From the NCBI RefSeq assembly GCF_006345805.1, contig NC_043010.1, positions 37,448,001 through 37,512,000 on the forward strand: a DNA stretch of 64,000 nt. Direction: 5' to 3'. The notes beneath the pieces were generated by a model that did not search any database, had not been told where the DNA came from, and was given only the letters and a program-made list of their open reading frames with translations. Position numbers and translations under genes: made by a program. Source of the DNA: Octopus sinensis. Lineage: Eukaryota. This document shows, piece by piece, positions 39,133 to 53,200 of this stretch; the first letter of the stretch is position 1, and every line of letters begins with the position of its first letter.

Positions 39133-42100
39133 TGTGGTCAACTTTGCCTTTCATCCTTTCGGGGTCGATAAATAAATAAAGTACCAGTTACGCACTGGGG
39201 TCGATGTAATCGACTTAATCCCTTTGTCTGTCTTTGTTTGTCTCCTCTATGTTTAACCCCTTGTGGGCAATAAAGAAATATATATATATACACACACACA
39301 CAAGTTCCTGGCTTTTGGTCAAAGAAAACGCAGGAGGATCAGTTAAACCTTTAGCATTCAAAGTGACCATATCCACTCCAAATATTCTACTTGTTTTCTG
39401 TTCAAACTGACCAGATCAAGCCTGTCACACTTACCAGACAATTTTGTTCTAAAAATAGACATTCACATCATCGAAATTTCAAAGCTGCGAGAAAATGCAG
39501 TATTGATTCAAAACTATGTGAAGATATATGCAATACAATCAACACAGAAATTCAAATGTTAAACGGCCAATTATGATTTTATTCAACATATTCTCCTCTC
39601 AGGTTCACACACTTACTGCGGTCCTTCAGTTTTTTTTAGTCCTGTAAAAGAACTCTCGGAAGTTTGGGCCTTTAACCAGGCCTTTCATGATACCCTTAAA
39701 GCCAGAAACTTTTCAGTACCCCTACATACAAACACAAACTCACACTTTCTCTCTCACTCACTCAACACATGCACACACACACATACAAACACCATGTAGT
39801 GAGCTGGCAGAATTGCGAAAATGTCAGATCAAATGCCTTACTGCAGTATTTGTTTTAGCTCCTAGCACTTGGAGTTCGAATCCTGTTGAAGTCAAGTTTA
39901 CATTTCATATTTTGTGTTCAATAAATAAAGAACTAGTGTCATTTCTTCCGACTCTTTCTTCTCTCTCTCTCTCTCTCTCTGGAAGAAACCAGTTGTGTTT
40001 GGTTTGATGTGGGAAGATTAAAATACCCAAGACATACCCTCACATCTATGACTCCAACAGAAATTGAAGGCTCAAGGAAGGAAGAAAGACGCATAAAAAT
40101 AAAGCATCATTCATTTATTTTTCCATGCTAGTATGAGTTAGATGAGTACATATTACTGAGGCATTTGATTTACAGCTGGACCCCTTCCTGTTGCTAATAT
40201 TTACCTGCTTTTCAAGTTAGAAGTTTTTCATTCTAATTATATCTTCAAAAGCACAGAACTAGACGACAATTTGCAGGCAGAGAATTGTCAACGAAGTTCA
40301 TCTTTTGTATGTATTGGGTTGTCCGGAAAGTTTGTGCCGATTTTTAAAGGAAAGAAAAAGGTCAATAAATACTTGCCATTACATTTTTAATTAACCAAAT
40401 ATGAACCATTTTGTTACACAATGCATCTCCATCTTTCCTTTAACTTAAAAATACCCCCTTCCCAGAATTGAGGTGGTTTCATGGCAAAGAATTCATCAAG
40501 GTATCTTTTTACGTCATCCAATGAATTGAAATTTTTACCATTAAGACTATTCTACAGAGACCTGAATAAGTGGAAATCTGAAGGAGCAATATCTGGTGAA
40601 TATGGAGGGTGGGGTAACACATCCCAGCCGAGCTGCAGCAATTTTTGTCTGGTTCCCAAAGCATCAAGTGCCGAAAATGAACTTTCTTTATCTTCCATTT
40701 TAAAGGGTTACAAAATTAACACAGGTTATAGGAACATAAATCTTCTTCCACGAAAAGATAGCTTAAACTGTGCTCTAAATGGAGGTGTAGTCAAATCCTA
40801 TTTTATGGACTCAACTATGTTCTAAAATAAGTCGAAAGGTAAGCGACTATAAATCGGCATGAACTTTCTGGACAACCCAATAGCTCAATACACTTCCCAT
40901 GCAAGGCACAAAAACCTGAACATCCGCACAGAAACACACATATTGTCACACACACACCATCTCTCCCTCTCTCTGATATATATACATGCATGCACGCACA
41001 CACACACAAACAAACATACATATATACTCACAAACAAATCTTTGTACAATTCCAGTCTTACCAAACTTACTCGTGGGTATTCATCAGCCCAAGGTGCCAC
41101 ACAGTGGATGAGGTGGAGTGGGGTGAGCTGCACACTTGAGGAGCAAACTTCTTAACCATCTAATCACACCTATTATATATATATGTGTGTGTGTGTGTGT
41201 GTCTGTGTTTGTTCCCTGCCACCACTTGACAGTGTTGGTTTGTTTCTGTCCCCATGATGTATCAGTTCGGCAAAAGGGAATTGATAAAACAAGCACCAGG
41301 CCTCAAAAAAATTAGTACTGGGGATGATTCGTTCAAATGAAAAAAGTGTTCAAGGCAGTGCCCCAGCATGGTCAGTCTGATGACTGATAAAAGATACACC
41401 AGGTTGAGTTTTGACTGCGGCCATGCTGGAGTACCGCCTTATGTTCATTTATTTGAATTACAAAATGTTCAATCATTACTGAATTGCTTATTCTTTATTT
41501 TACATCTTTTATGAATAAATCGTGAGAAAAATTGCAATTAGAGCCATTTTATGTACCTGTGGAAAAAAGGAGAGAGAGAGAGAGAGAGAAAAGAAATGAA
41601 GAAAGAAAGAAAAAGGAGTTACCTGAATTACTGGTGGATATTTATCTGTAGGAAGCTTATTGAGCTGAGTGGTAATTGGTTGGAAAATTGCAGCAAAACT
41701 TGGAAGACTAGAATACAATGTACAGAACTCCTGGAGCAAACCCACTGCAACATGTATGGCACTCAACCTGAATAAAATGATACATACACATATAAATGCA
41801 TACATACATAACACATACATATATACATATAAATACATGTGTGTGTGTGTGCTTCTAATTTTTTTTTCTTTTTTTAAAGTAAAACAATGAAAGTTATAAG
41901 AAATAATACAAATTGATATTTTGTACGTTTACTTTGTATTTTGTGGAGGCACATGGCCTAGTGGTTAGAGCAACAGACTTGTGGTCGAGGGATCGCAGGT
42001 TCGAATCTCAGACCGGGCAATGTGTGTGTTTATGAGCAAAACACCTAAGCTCCATGCGGTTCCGGCAGAAGGTAATGGCGAACTTTTGCTGACTCTTTCG

Positions 42101-42554
42101 CCACAACTTTCTCTCACTCTTTCCTCCTACATCTTGCAGCTCACCTGCGATGGACCGGCACCCTGTCCAGGTGGGGAACCTATACGCCAAGGAAACCAGC
42201 CCTTATGAGCCAGGCATGGCTCAAGAAGGAACAAACAACCTTGTATTTCAATATTTCGGAGTTAAGAACCCTTCTTCAGGAAATTTTCAGAGAAATGTTG
42301 TTGTGAAGAAGGGATCTTAACCCCGAAATATTGAAATCCAAGGTAAAAATATAAACCATTGATTTGTATTATTTTTTGTAACAATGTTTCATGCTAACAG
42401 GTGTGGCTGGTGTGGTACAAAGCTTGCTTCTCAACCACATGGTTCTAGGTTCAGTTCCATTACGTGGCACTTTAGGCAAATACCTTTTATTAGAGCCTCA
42501 GGCCAACCAAAAGCTTGTGAGTAGATTTGGTAGAGAGAAACTGAAAGAAGCCTG

Positions 42555-42636
<82 letters not shown>

Positions 42637-44227
42637 GTATATATCTATATGTAAGTGTTTTTGTGTCTGTTTGTCCCTCTCGATTACTGCTTGATAACTG
42701 GTGTTGGTGTGTTTACATCACCATAAATGAGGAGTTCAGCAAAAGAGACCAATAGAATAAGAACTAGGCTTTAAAAGAATAATTTCTGGGGTTGATTTGT
42801 TCAACTAAAAAAAAAAAAACCTATCAAGACGGTGCTCCAGCATGACCACAGTCAAATGGCTGAAACAAGTAAAAGAATAAAAAAATACTCTAATATGTAT
42901 GTGTGTGCACACACACAAACATATATACATGTACAAAAGAGGCTTCTTTCAGTTTCCGTGTAAATCAAACACAAATTTTTAAGCCAGGTTAACAATGCAG
43001 TTGCTGGAATACATCAGGGTTTATCATAATTTATTTTTAAATATTTCAACCCTAAAAAATCCTTAACTAGAAATACAGTAAAAATAAATATGACCATCAG
43101 GGCAGAAATGAACAGGTTTGAACTCAATGAACTGGCTCCTGGAAAATTCAAATCCACTCCAAAGAGTCCGCCTAAGGTACCACACAGTGGGGTTAAACCT
43201 GAAACATGATGCTGTGAAACATAGCCATATCTGTGCCTGTTGGGCAAATGTCTCCAACTCTAGCCTTGGGGGACAACAAAAGCCTATTGAGCGAATTTCA
43301 GAGACAGAAACTGAAAAAAGTCATCATGTGTATATCTAGCCACTACACATTCTTTATTTTCTCTCCTTCTTTCTTTCCGTGTTCCTTCCTGTGGAAGAGC
43401 GTAGGCTCGAAATGTTAAAGACTTTTTCATTTCCCAAGTGTTATACTAATACATCTGTTTGTTGTCTACACCACCTGTCTTTGTCTTTTGTTTTTTTTTG
43501 TGAATTCTCCCAATATATATATACACACACACACACATGCATGATGGCTTTTTTTGCCTGAAGGATGCACAATGTAATAGCACATCTTTGATGCAGGTCT
43601 GATGAAGTGCCTCTCCAATGTCTAAAATTTGAACTCAGAACGTAAAGACAGATGAAATATCGCTAAGTATTTTGCCCAGCGTGCTAACGTTTCTGCCAGC
43701 TTGCCGCCTTTAAGCTTCTTTCAGTTTCTGTCTACTGACAAGGCTTTGGGCAGTCCAAGGCTATAGTAGCCAACACACACCCAAGGTGCCACATAGCAAT
43801 GGAGTAGGACTGAACCTGGAACCACATGGTTTAAAAGTAAGCTTTCTTAGCCACACAGCCATGACACATATAACTTGTCTTGATAGTGCATGATATCTGA
43901 GAACAGGCATCAAGCAATGATCCTCTTTTATAATCCTCCATGAAAAAGATGAGGGTTGGTGACAGGTAGAGCATTCAGCCATAGAAAATCTACCTTAATG
44001 AATTATGCCTGATTCTTACAAGCATGGAAAAAATAGAAGCTAAAACAACAATGTTGATGCACACACACACACACACACACATTTACATATACACACAAAC
44101 ATATGGAATTAAAAGCTCCTTCCACATACACACACATACATTTTCACACATAGATATACATGCACCATATGTTCACATACACTACACCCAACCTCTGTGT
44201 GTGTGTGTGAATGTGTGTGTGTGTGTG

Positions 44228-44264
<37 letters not shown>

Positions 44265-47200
44265 CAAATATATTGTGACAGGCTCACTCAAAATTAAGAT
44301 GTCAGTCAAAGACACAGAATCACTGTTACCACCCCTACCGCCATCACTGCTATCTCCCCCACCCCCATTCCATCGTCAACAACAAATTCTCCAGCTCCAC
44401 TTTCCCCACCACACACACACCAGCCCACCGACCAACCGACCGACTGACTGACTGACAGACAGACAGACAGAGACAAAAGCCAGCAAGCCAGTGTTATGAT
44501 ATCAGGAGAGAATACATTATAATATAGCTCGAGTGTTTTTAGACTCACTATTGATTTTTTAATTGGACTTATTCACAGTTCCTTCAGATAATAGTTGTTG
44601 CCATGGTAATTGGAAAATATAAAATAAAAGGGGGGAGAGCGGGTAGGATAGGGTAGGGTGGAGTGTGTAGTTTTGATGTTAGTACTGTTGTGTAGTATAG
44701 AACAGTGTGGCACTGGTGCAATTCTGTGTGACATAGAATGGTGTGTTTATGGTACTGCACAACAAAATGTGGTATGGAGTGGTGTTTGCCATTGTATGGT
44801 CTAGTGTATTTATTACTGTGTATTACTGGAGCCATACTATTTGATGTCTGGAGTGGTGGTATGCTGTATAGAGCAGTGCGGTGTGGTGTGTGTTGTAAAT
44901 GTGGAATGGAGTGTTGTGGTATGGCACCCAAAAATGGAGTGGTGTTTGCTGTTATCTGGAGTGGTACCATGCAGTATATAATGTTGTGTTGTAATCAAGT
45001 TATGCGGCAACGGAGCGTTGAAGCATGGTGCTGATTAGTGAAGTGTAGTACAGTATGCAGTGGTGTATGCTATTATCTGGAGTGGTACCATGCAGTATAT
45101 AAATGGCATGTTGCAGTGCAACAGAGTATTGTGTCATGGTACTGTTTAGTTAAGTGTAGTACTGTATGGAGTGGTATTTACTGTTATCTAGAGTGGTACC
45201 ATACATTATATAAATAGTATGCTGTAGTGCAGTAGTGGAGTGACAGTGTTGAGGCATGGTGGTGTTTACTATTATCTGGTGTAGTATACTACAATATAAT
45301 ATGGAGCAGTGTGGCTTGTTACCTGGTGTGGAAGAGAATAGTGCAATTGTCTGGTGTAGTGTATCACCACAGTATATGGCACAGTAGTATTTATAGTCTG
45401 ATGTGGTGCAATATAGTAATGTGACAACATAGAGACACCCTTGTTATAGTAGTACAATACAGTGTTGTACTACATAGTACTATGCAATACAATAGTGTAT
45501 ACAGTACAGCATATACAAAGGGGTATGGCCTAGTGGACAAGGTGTTGCACTGATGATCGCTAGATCACAGTTTTGATAATATAGTGAGGTACACTATACT
45601 ATTAGTATTATTGAAGTGTAGTGCTGTATAGAGTGATGTTTGCTGTTATCTGGTCTAGTGTATAACATGGAACAGTGAGGCTTGTTGTCTGGTGTGATAC
45701 AGTATTGTATGGATAAAGTGCAGTTTTGTATAGACTGGTACGGAGTGGCATTTGCTGTCGTCTGGTATAATGTCTTACAGTACAGTATGCTTTGTGGTAT
45801 TTCGCCCGCCGTTGCATTCTGAGTTCAAATCCCACCGAGGTCGACTTTGCCTTTTATCCTTTCGGGGTCGATTAAACAAGTACCAGTTATGCACTGGGGT
45901 CGATATAATTGACTTAATCCGTTTGTCTGTCCTTGTTTGTTCCCTCTGTGTGTAGCCCCTTGTTGGGAGTAAAGAAATAGGTATATATTGTCTGATGTAG
46001 TATAGTGTAGTGCAATAACAAAGTGTAGCACAGCATGGCATAGAATTGTACTGTAGTATAAGGTGGCATGGAATCGTATACTATGGTATATGACTCCATG
46101 CCATGCTATACCACACTTCGTTGGGGCAAAGAGTGGTACTGTAGTACAAGGTGGCATGGAGTCATATACTATAGTATATGACTCCATGCCATGCTATGCC
46201 ACACTTCGTTAGGGTATAGTGTGGTACTGAAGGTGGCATGGGGTCATATACCATAATATATGACTCCATGCCACCTTGTACTACAGTACCACTCTTTGCC
46301 CCAACGAAGTGTGGTATAGCATGGCATGGAGTCATATACCATAGTATACGATTCCATGCCACCTTATACTACAGTACCACTCTATGCCATGCTGTGCTAC
46401 ACGTCGTTATTGCACTACACTATACTACACCAGACAATGTATACCACTGCTCCATACTGTACAGTAAGACATTATACCAGACAACAGCAAATGCCACTCC
46501 ATACCAGTCTATACAAAACTGCACTTTATCCACACACTACTGTATCACACCAGACAACAAGCCTTACTGTTCCAGGTTATACCATAGTACCACTTATGCC
46601 ATGGTATGCTACACTTTGTTATTGCACTACACTATACTACATCAGACAATATATACCATTGTTCCATACTGTACAGTAAAACACTATAACTGCCAACAGT
46701 AAATGCCACTCCATACCAGTCTATACAAAACTGCAGCATAGAGTGGTTCAGTGTGGTATGATATCTGCCATAGTGTTGTAGCATAGGGTGGTATGGAGAG
46801 GCATGATACTGTACAGAGCAGTATGGTGTAAGAGAGTATGGTTTGGTGTGGTACTACAGCATGGTATACAGTGGTACAGTACTTTGTTTCTTGATATTAG
46901 GTATTTTATAGCAGTGTATTGCACTATATTGCATTGTTTTTCATAGAAAAAAGTGGAGGGAAAGTTGGTAAAAGAATTAAAAGTGGCAGACACTGCCATA
47001 TTTCATACTATTAAGATGGTCTCCAACTGTTTTTTTATTAACTCTTTGGTATTTGATCTCTAACTGTGGAGGTAACTTGTGGGAGAGGTAGACCCAGGAA
47101 GACATGGGATGAGGTGGTGAAGCATGATCTTGGAATGTTGGGTCTCACGGAAGTGATGAGAAATGATCAAGACCATTGGCAATTTTCTGTGCTTGAGAAG

Positions 47201-50200
47201 ACTCCTCAAGCCAAGTGAAAGCGTAGCTGTGGCCAGTGCCCATGACACATAAAAGGCACCTGTGCTGGTGACACATAAAAGGCGCCTGTGCTGGTGACAC
47301 ATAAAAGGCACCTGTGCAGGTGACACATAAAAGGCACCTCTGCTGGTGGCACATAAAAGGCACCCATGCTGGTCACACATAAAAGGCACCCATGCTGGTC
47401 ACACATAAAAGGCATCCGTGCTGGTCACACATAAAATGCACCCGTGCTGGTGACATGTGAAAGGTATCCATGTCGGTGACATGTAAAAGGCACCCACTAC
47501 ACTGTTGGAGTGATTGGTGTTAGGAAGGGTATCCAGCTGTAGAAACCACACCAAATCAGACTGGAACCTGGCTTACCAGTTTCAGTCAAACCATCTAACC
47601 AATGCCAGCATGGAAAACAGACACTAAATGTTGATACCTGGCCTCTCACACCTACCCTACAATGTCATTGTAGAAATTAAACGATCATATCATCGGAATC
47701 TCAAAGCTACAAGGTAATGCACGAGACAGAGTAATCTGAATGCCAAAGGGTTAGACTTATCCAACTCTATAACAAAGAAAGAAGTACTGTGATCCCTTCC
47801 CATATCACCGTTCACCTGTCGTGGTTTATTAATGCCAATTCCTCCATGGTGTTGGTTTGCATTTATAACAAAATAAATATATACAATTACAAAGTAATAA
47901 AAATATATACAGTAAAGTACTGTATCTACTTTGTGGATTTTCACCTATCGCAGGGGGTTTTTGGAACGTAACACCTGCGATAGTCAAGGGATTACTGTAT
48001 ACGGATACAAAATCTATTTCATTTTCTGATTTATAAAGATGAAGACCCCCCACAAAAAAAAAATTTCACTATATTTTTGTGGGGTAGGGGAGCAAGGGTT
48101 GTCTTGATGGTATTTGGAAATTTCAGAAAGTTCGGTGACAGGGTGCATTGTTGTTGTGAAGAATCTAATTCTTCATGCTCCACAGATCCAGTCGCATTCG
48201 CTAGCTCTCAATGCACATACAGCCAAGTGCTGCCATCTGTTGGTGTGCTACAAAACTAGCACAGGAACTTTTTGATATCACTTCGTAGTATAACACCGCA
48301 CAGTATAGTGCAGTGAAGGCACATGGCTCAGTGGTTAGAGCGTAGAGCTTATGATCGCGAGGTTGTGAGTTTGACTCCTGGACCAGGCTGTGTGTTGTGT
48401 ATTTGAGCAAGACACTTTACTTCACATTGCTCTGGTTAACTCAGCTGATGAAATGAGTTGTGACATCACTGGTGCCAAGCTGTATCGGCCCCTCTGTCTT
48501 TCTCTTGGATAACATTGGTGGTGTGGAGAGGGGAGGCTGGTATGCATGGGCAGCTGCTGGTCTTCCATAAACAATCTTGCCCTGACTTGTGCCTCGGAGG
48601 GTAACTTTCTAGGCGCAATCCCACGGTCATTCATGACCGAAGGGGGTCTCCTCCTGGTATTGTGCAATAGTATGTGATACAGTATACTATAGTATAATGA
48701 GGTGTTTCAATCAGTGGACTGAGGCGGCCATACTGGAGCATTACCTTGATGTTTTTACTCTATGAAATTGGCCCCAGAACTAATTTTTAAGTTTAGCACT
48801 TATTCTATTGCTCTCTTTTTGACAAAGTGCTAAGTTACAGGGACAGAAAACAAATCAATACTGGCTGTCAAATAGTGAGACACAAACACAAAGACATGCA
48901 TGGATCCATACACACACACACACACATACACATAAATGTATGCGTGTGTGAGTGTGTGATTGTCATTATCATCATCACTACAACCACCACCATCACCATT
49001 GTTGTCGTTTCATCCACTTTTCCATGCTTGCATGGGTCACGCAGAATTCAGTGAGACAGATTTTCTATGGCCTGATTCCACTCCTTTTGTGAACCCTTGC
49101 CTATTTCCAAGTAAGGTAATATTTCCCCTTGGCTAGACAGGTTCTTTTCCTTTTGTCCACAAAAGATTGGAAATTAAAGACTGCTTGATTAACGGTGACA
49201 TAAGCTTACAAGATAAGGAGACACAAATCCACACACAGATACATGTGTACCTAAGGAGAAATATTATCTCACTTGGGAACAGGTAAAGGTTGGCAACAAA
49301 AGGGGCAGCTGACCATAGAAAATCTGCTTCAACAAGCATTGAAAATGCAAACAGTAAAGCAATGATGATGATGATGATGACTTATCCAAAGTCTCCCTCC
49401 ACATTCAAGGGAGATTTGGCTGCTATTACTAGCAATTTGACTGCATAGATGCTCCTTCATTGGAGAGACTTTTGAAACTGACACGGAGAAGGGTTCCATA
49501 TCCAAAGCAATCAAACACAAGGAAATTAGTTCTGAGAAGCAGATAGAATCTTGTATGCAGAATACTGAAACAATACTTGAAGCAAGTTCTTTATAAAGGA
49601 TAACTGGATGTACATAATCCAAAGGGGTTGATATAACCTTTGAATGAAGATAAGCTGTTGGATAAAGGCTCGTGGATTTGCAATATCTTCTTGCACATAC
49701 GAGGGGCGTTCAATAAGTAATGCCTCTGACCCACTTGCAGTTGTTTGATCTAGCTGAAATTTTGCATGTGCAATTATTTATATCTCTATAGATTAAGTGG
49801 CAAATTACAGCTCTGAACTAAATGTGGTTTCTGATTTACAGGTGTTTGAACTGAGTCAAGTGTGAAATGGAGCCTGTTGAGTGTCGAGCAGTGATCCGGT
49901 TTTTGTATTTGAAAGGACACACACCACGAGAGACTTTTGATGAAATGAAAGTAACTTATGGTGATGATGCCTCATCATATGACCTTGTAAAACGCTGGCA
50001 TCGTGAATTCAAACATGGTCGGAACTCTGTGGAAACAGCTCCCAGATCTGGTCGCCCCGCTTCTGCCATTGATAAAGCATCTGTCCGTCAAGTTGAGGCT
50101 GCCATTTTGGAAGATCAACGCATAACTATTCGCCAAATAGCCCATGAGGTCAAGATTAGTATCGGGTCTGTGGAAACTATCATTCATGACCATTTGCATA

Positions 50201-53200
50201 TGCTAAAGGTGTCTGCCAGATGGATTCCCAGGTTGCTCACACCTTTCCAGAAGTAAGAATGCGTCGAGTGCTTGAGGATGAATTTGGAGATGTGTCAAGA
50301 AGATGAGTCAAATTTTTTCAAAAGACAGATTACACAGGATGAAACCTGGGTCCATCACTATGATCCAGAGACCAAAGCCCAGTCAATGCAGCGGAAGCAC
50401 CGTGACTCACCTCCTCCAAAGAAGGCAAGGGTGCTGCCCTCTGCTGGCAAGCTCATGCTCACAGTCTTCTGGGACCAGGACGGAGTAGTGATGACAGATT
50501 TCCTGGCAAAGGGTACCACAATTACAGGAGCCTATTATGCTTCACTTTTGAGGAAATTAAGAGAAGCTATCAAAATCAAGAAGCGGGGCAAGATCAGCAA
50601 AGGCATCCTCCTCCTGCAGGACAACGCTCCGGTCCACAACTTGCGTGTCGACAGATCAGAAGCACAGGCGTGCGGCTATGAACTCGTCCCCCATCCCCCT
50701 ACTCTCCTGACCTTGCACCCTCTGATTTTCACCTCTTACCAGCCATGAAGTTGTTTTTGAAAGGAAAGCATTTCCCAGATGATGCAGCCTTGATTTCTGA
50801 AGTCACGTCGTGGTTGGAGAACCAAGCTGGGGTCTTCTACAAAAACGGTCTCCAGAGCTGCATCAAACAATGGGAGAAATGCGTAACTCTGGGTGGTTCC
50901 TATATAGAAAAAGATTAATAACTGTGCCAAGTTTCGTTGCTCTACTGCTATGGGAAGTGGGTCAGGGGCATTACTTATTGAACGCCCCTCGTATCTTAGG
51001 GCATTAATCCTTTCAGATGAGATACATAGAGCAGAAAAGGTGGAAGAATGCTGCTGTTTTTGGAGATAATGAAGACAAGAGGGAGCTTCTGGGTGCTTGT
51101 TTGATCAACTAGAAATAGCAGCCAAGTCTCCCTCAAATCATATCCTCCTGTCTCAGTAACAGGAATGTCGTGCTAGATAAATGTAGCCTGAGATATAATA
51201 TGCTGGTGGTCATGGTTGGAAGTGATTTTATTGGATTTCACATGAGGATAAACAACAACAACACAAACATAGGAACACAAAATGAAATAACCCATATTAA
51301 ACTGACAACAAAGAAGACAGACAGTATTGATAGTAAGAAAAAAAAAAAGAGTTGAAAGACTTTACCTAAATTCGTTGCAGTCTAATGATGTTGTGTCTTC
51401 CAGCTTGTTGATGAGGTCATCTTCGTCTTTACCATCATCCTTGTCATCACTGTCATTGTTATCTTCACTCTTCTTGCTTTTGTTTTTCGTAGTCTTTGTC
51501 GTTTGATTGCTGTCCCTGATCAACAGCCAGCTCAACTTCAATGGTTTCACGTTTTCACTAAAGAAGACACAAAGAAATTCAAACAAAACTATTTAATGAT
51601 TTGAAACACAGCAAATACAAGACAGTGTATGAACCAATGAGGGAACCTCTATGTGGTTTGCTCGACATGCTAGAAATAACAATGATAGCTCCTTCAACTT
51701 ACACCCACACCACTACCACCATCGTTCAACGTCCGTTTTCCATGCTAGCATGGGTTGGACGGTTAGACTGGGGTCTGGGAAGCCAGGGGGCTGCACCAGG
51801 CTCCAGTCTGATCTAGCAGTGTTTCTACAGCTGGATGCCCTTCCTAACGCCAACCACTCCATGAGTGTAGTGGGTGCTTTTTATGTGCCACCGGCACAGG
51901 AGCCAGAGGAGGCTGGAAACGGACATGATCGGTTGGTGCTTTTTACATGCCACCGGCACAGACGCCAGTCAAGGCGGTGCTGGCATCATCCATGTTCAGA
52001 TGGTGCTTTTTACGTGCCACCGGCACAAGTATCACAACTACAATTTCCATTTGATTTTTATTTTGATGTTGATGTACTTGACTCAATAGATCTCCTCAAG
52101 CACAGCAGGTTGCTCTACGATCCAAGGTAAGCACAGCAGGCCGTCCTGCGAGCCATGAACTCACTTCGTTTGTTGGGTCTTCGCAGTCACAGCATATCTC
52201 CAGAGGTCTGTCTTTCGTCATTGCCTCTGTGAGGCCCAATGTTCAAAAGTCATGCTTGACCACCTCATCCCATGTCTTCCTGGGTCTACCTCTACCCCAG
52301 ATTCCTTCAACTGTTTGGGAGTAGCACTTCTTCACACAGCTCTCCTCATCCATTTGTAGTACATGATCATACCAACGCAAACGTCTCTCCTGCACGCCAC
52401 ATCTGATGCTTCTTATGTCCAACATTTCTTTCAGGGCACTTACACTCTGTCGTGCATGCACACTGACATTACACGTCCAGCGGATCATACAGGCATGGCT
52501 CTGTAGTAAGAAGCTTGCTTCCCAACCATGTGGTTCTGTGTTCAGTCGAGCTGCCAGGCACCATGGGCAAGCATCTTCTGCTATAGCCTCGAGTAAACCA
52601 AAGCCTTGTGAGTGGATTTGGTAGACAGAAACTGAAAGAAGCCTGTTGTATATATATATATATCTATATTTATGTATGTGTGTCTTTATATCTGTGTTTG
52701 TCTTCCATCATTGCTTGACAACTGGCGTTGTGTGTTTACATCTCTGTAACTTAGCAGTTCAGCAAAAGAGACCGATAGAATAAGTACCAGGCTTTAAAAG
52801 AATAATTCTTGCGGTCGATTTGTTCAACTAAAAAAAAAAAAAAAAAAAAACCCCAGCATGGTCAAAATCTAATAACTGAAACAAGTAAAAGATATTTCTT
52901 AACAGACTTATGTGATGTATGCCACCATCATTTTATATTTAGTGTTCCATATTGGAACCAGCTGGATAAGTTGATTTCAAAATCAGTAATTTTCTACTTG
53001 TTGCAATCTTTAATCATCTCCTTTGTGATAAATACCAAGCATTAAAAAAAAAGAGGTCCTGGGGTCAATTTTAATGACTAAACCCTTCAAAGCCGTGCCC
53101 CAGCATGGCCATAGTCCAATGACTGAAACAAATAAAAGATAAAAGAGACTCAAAACTTGAAACTAGGGCTATATTTACCTTTGCGCCTGTTCACTGATCC

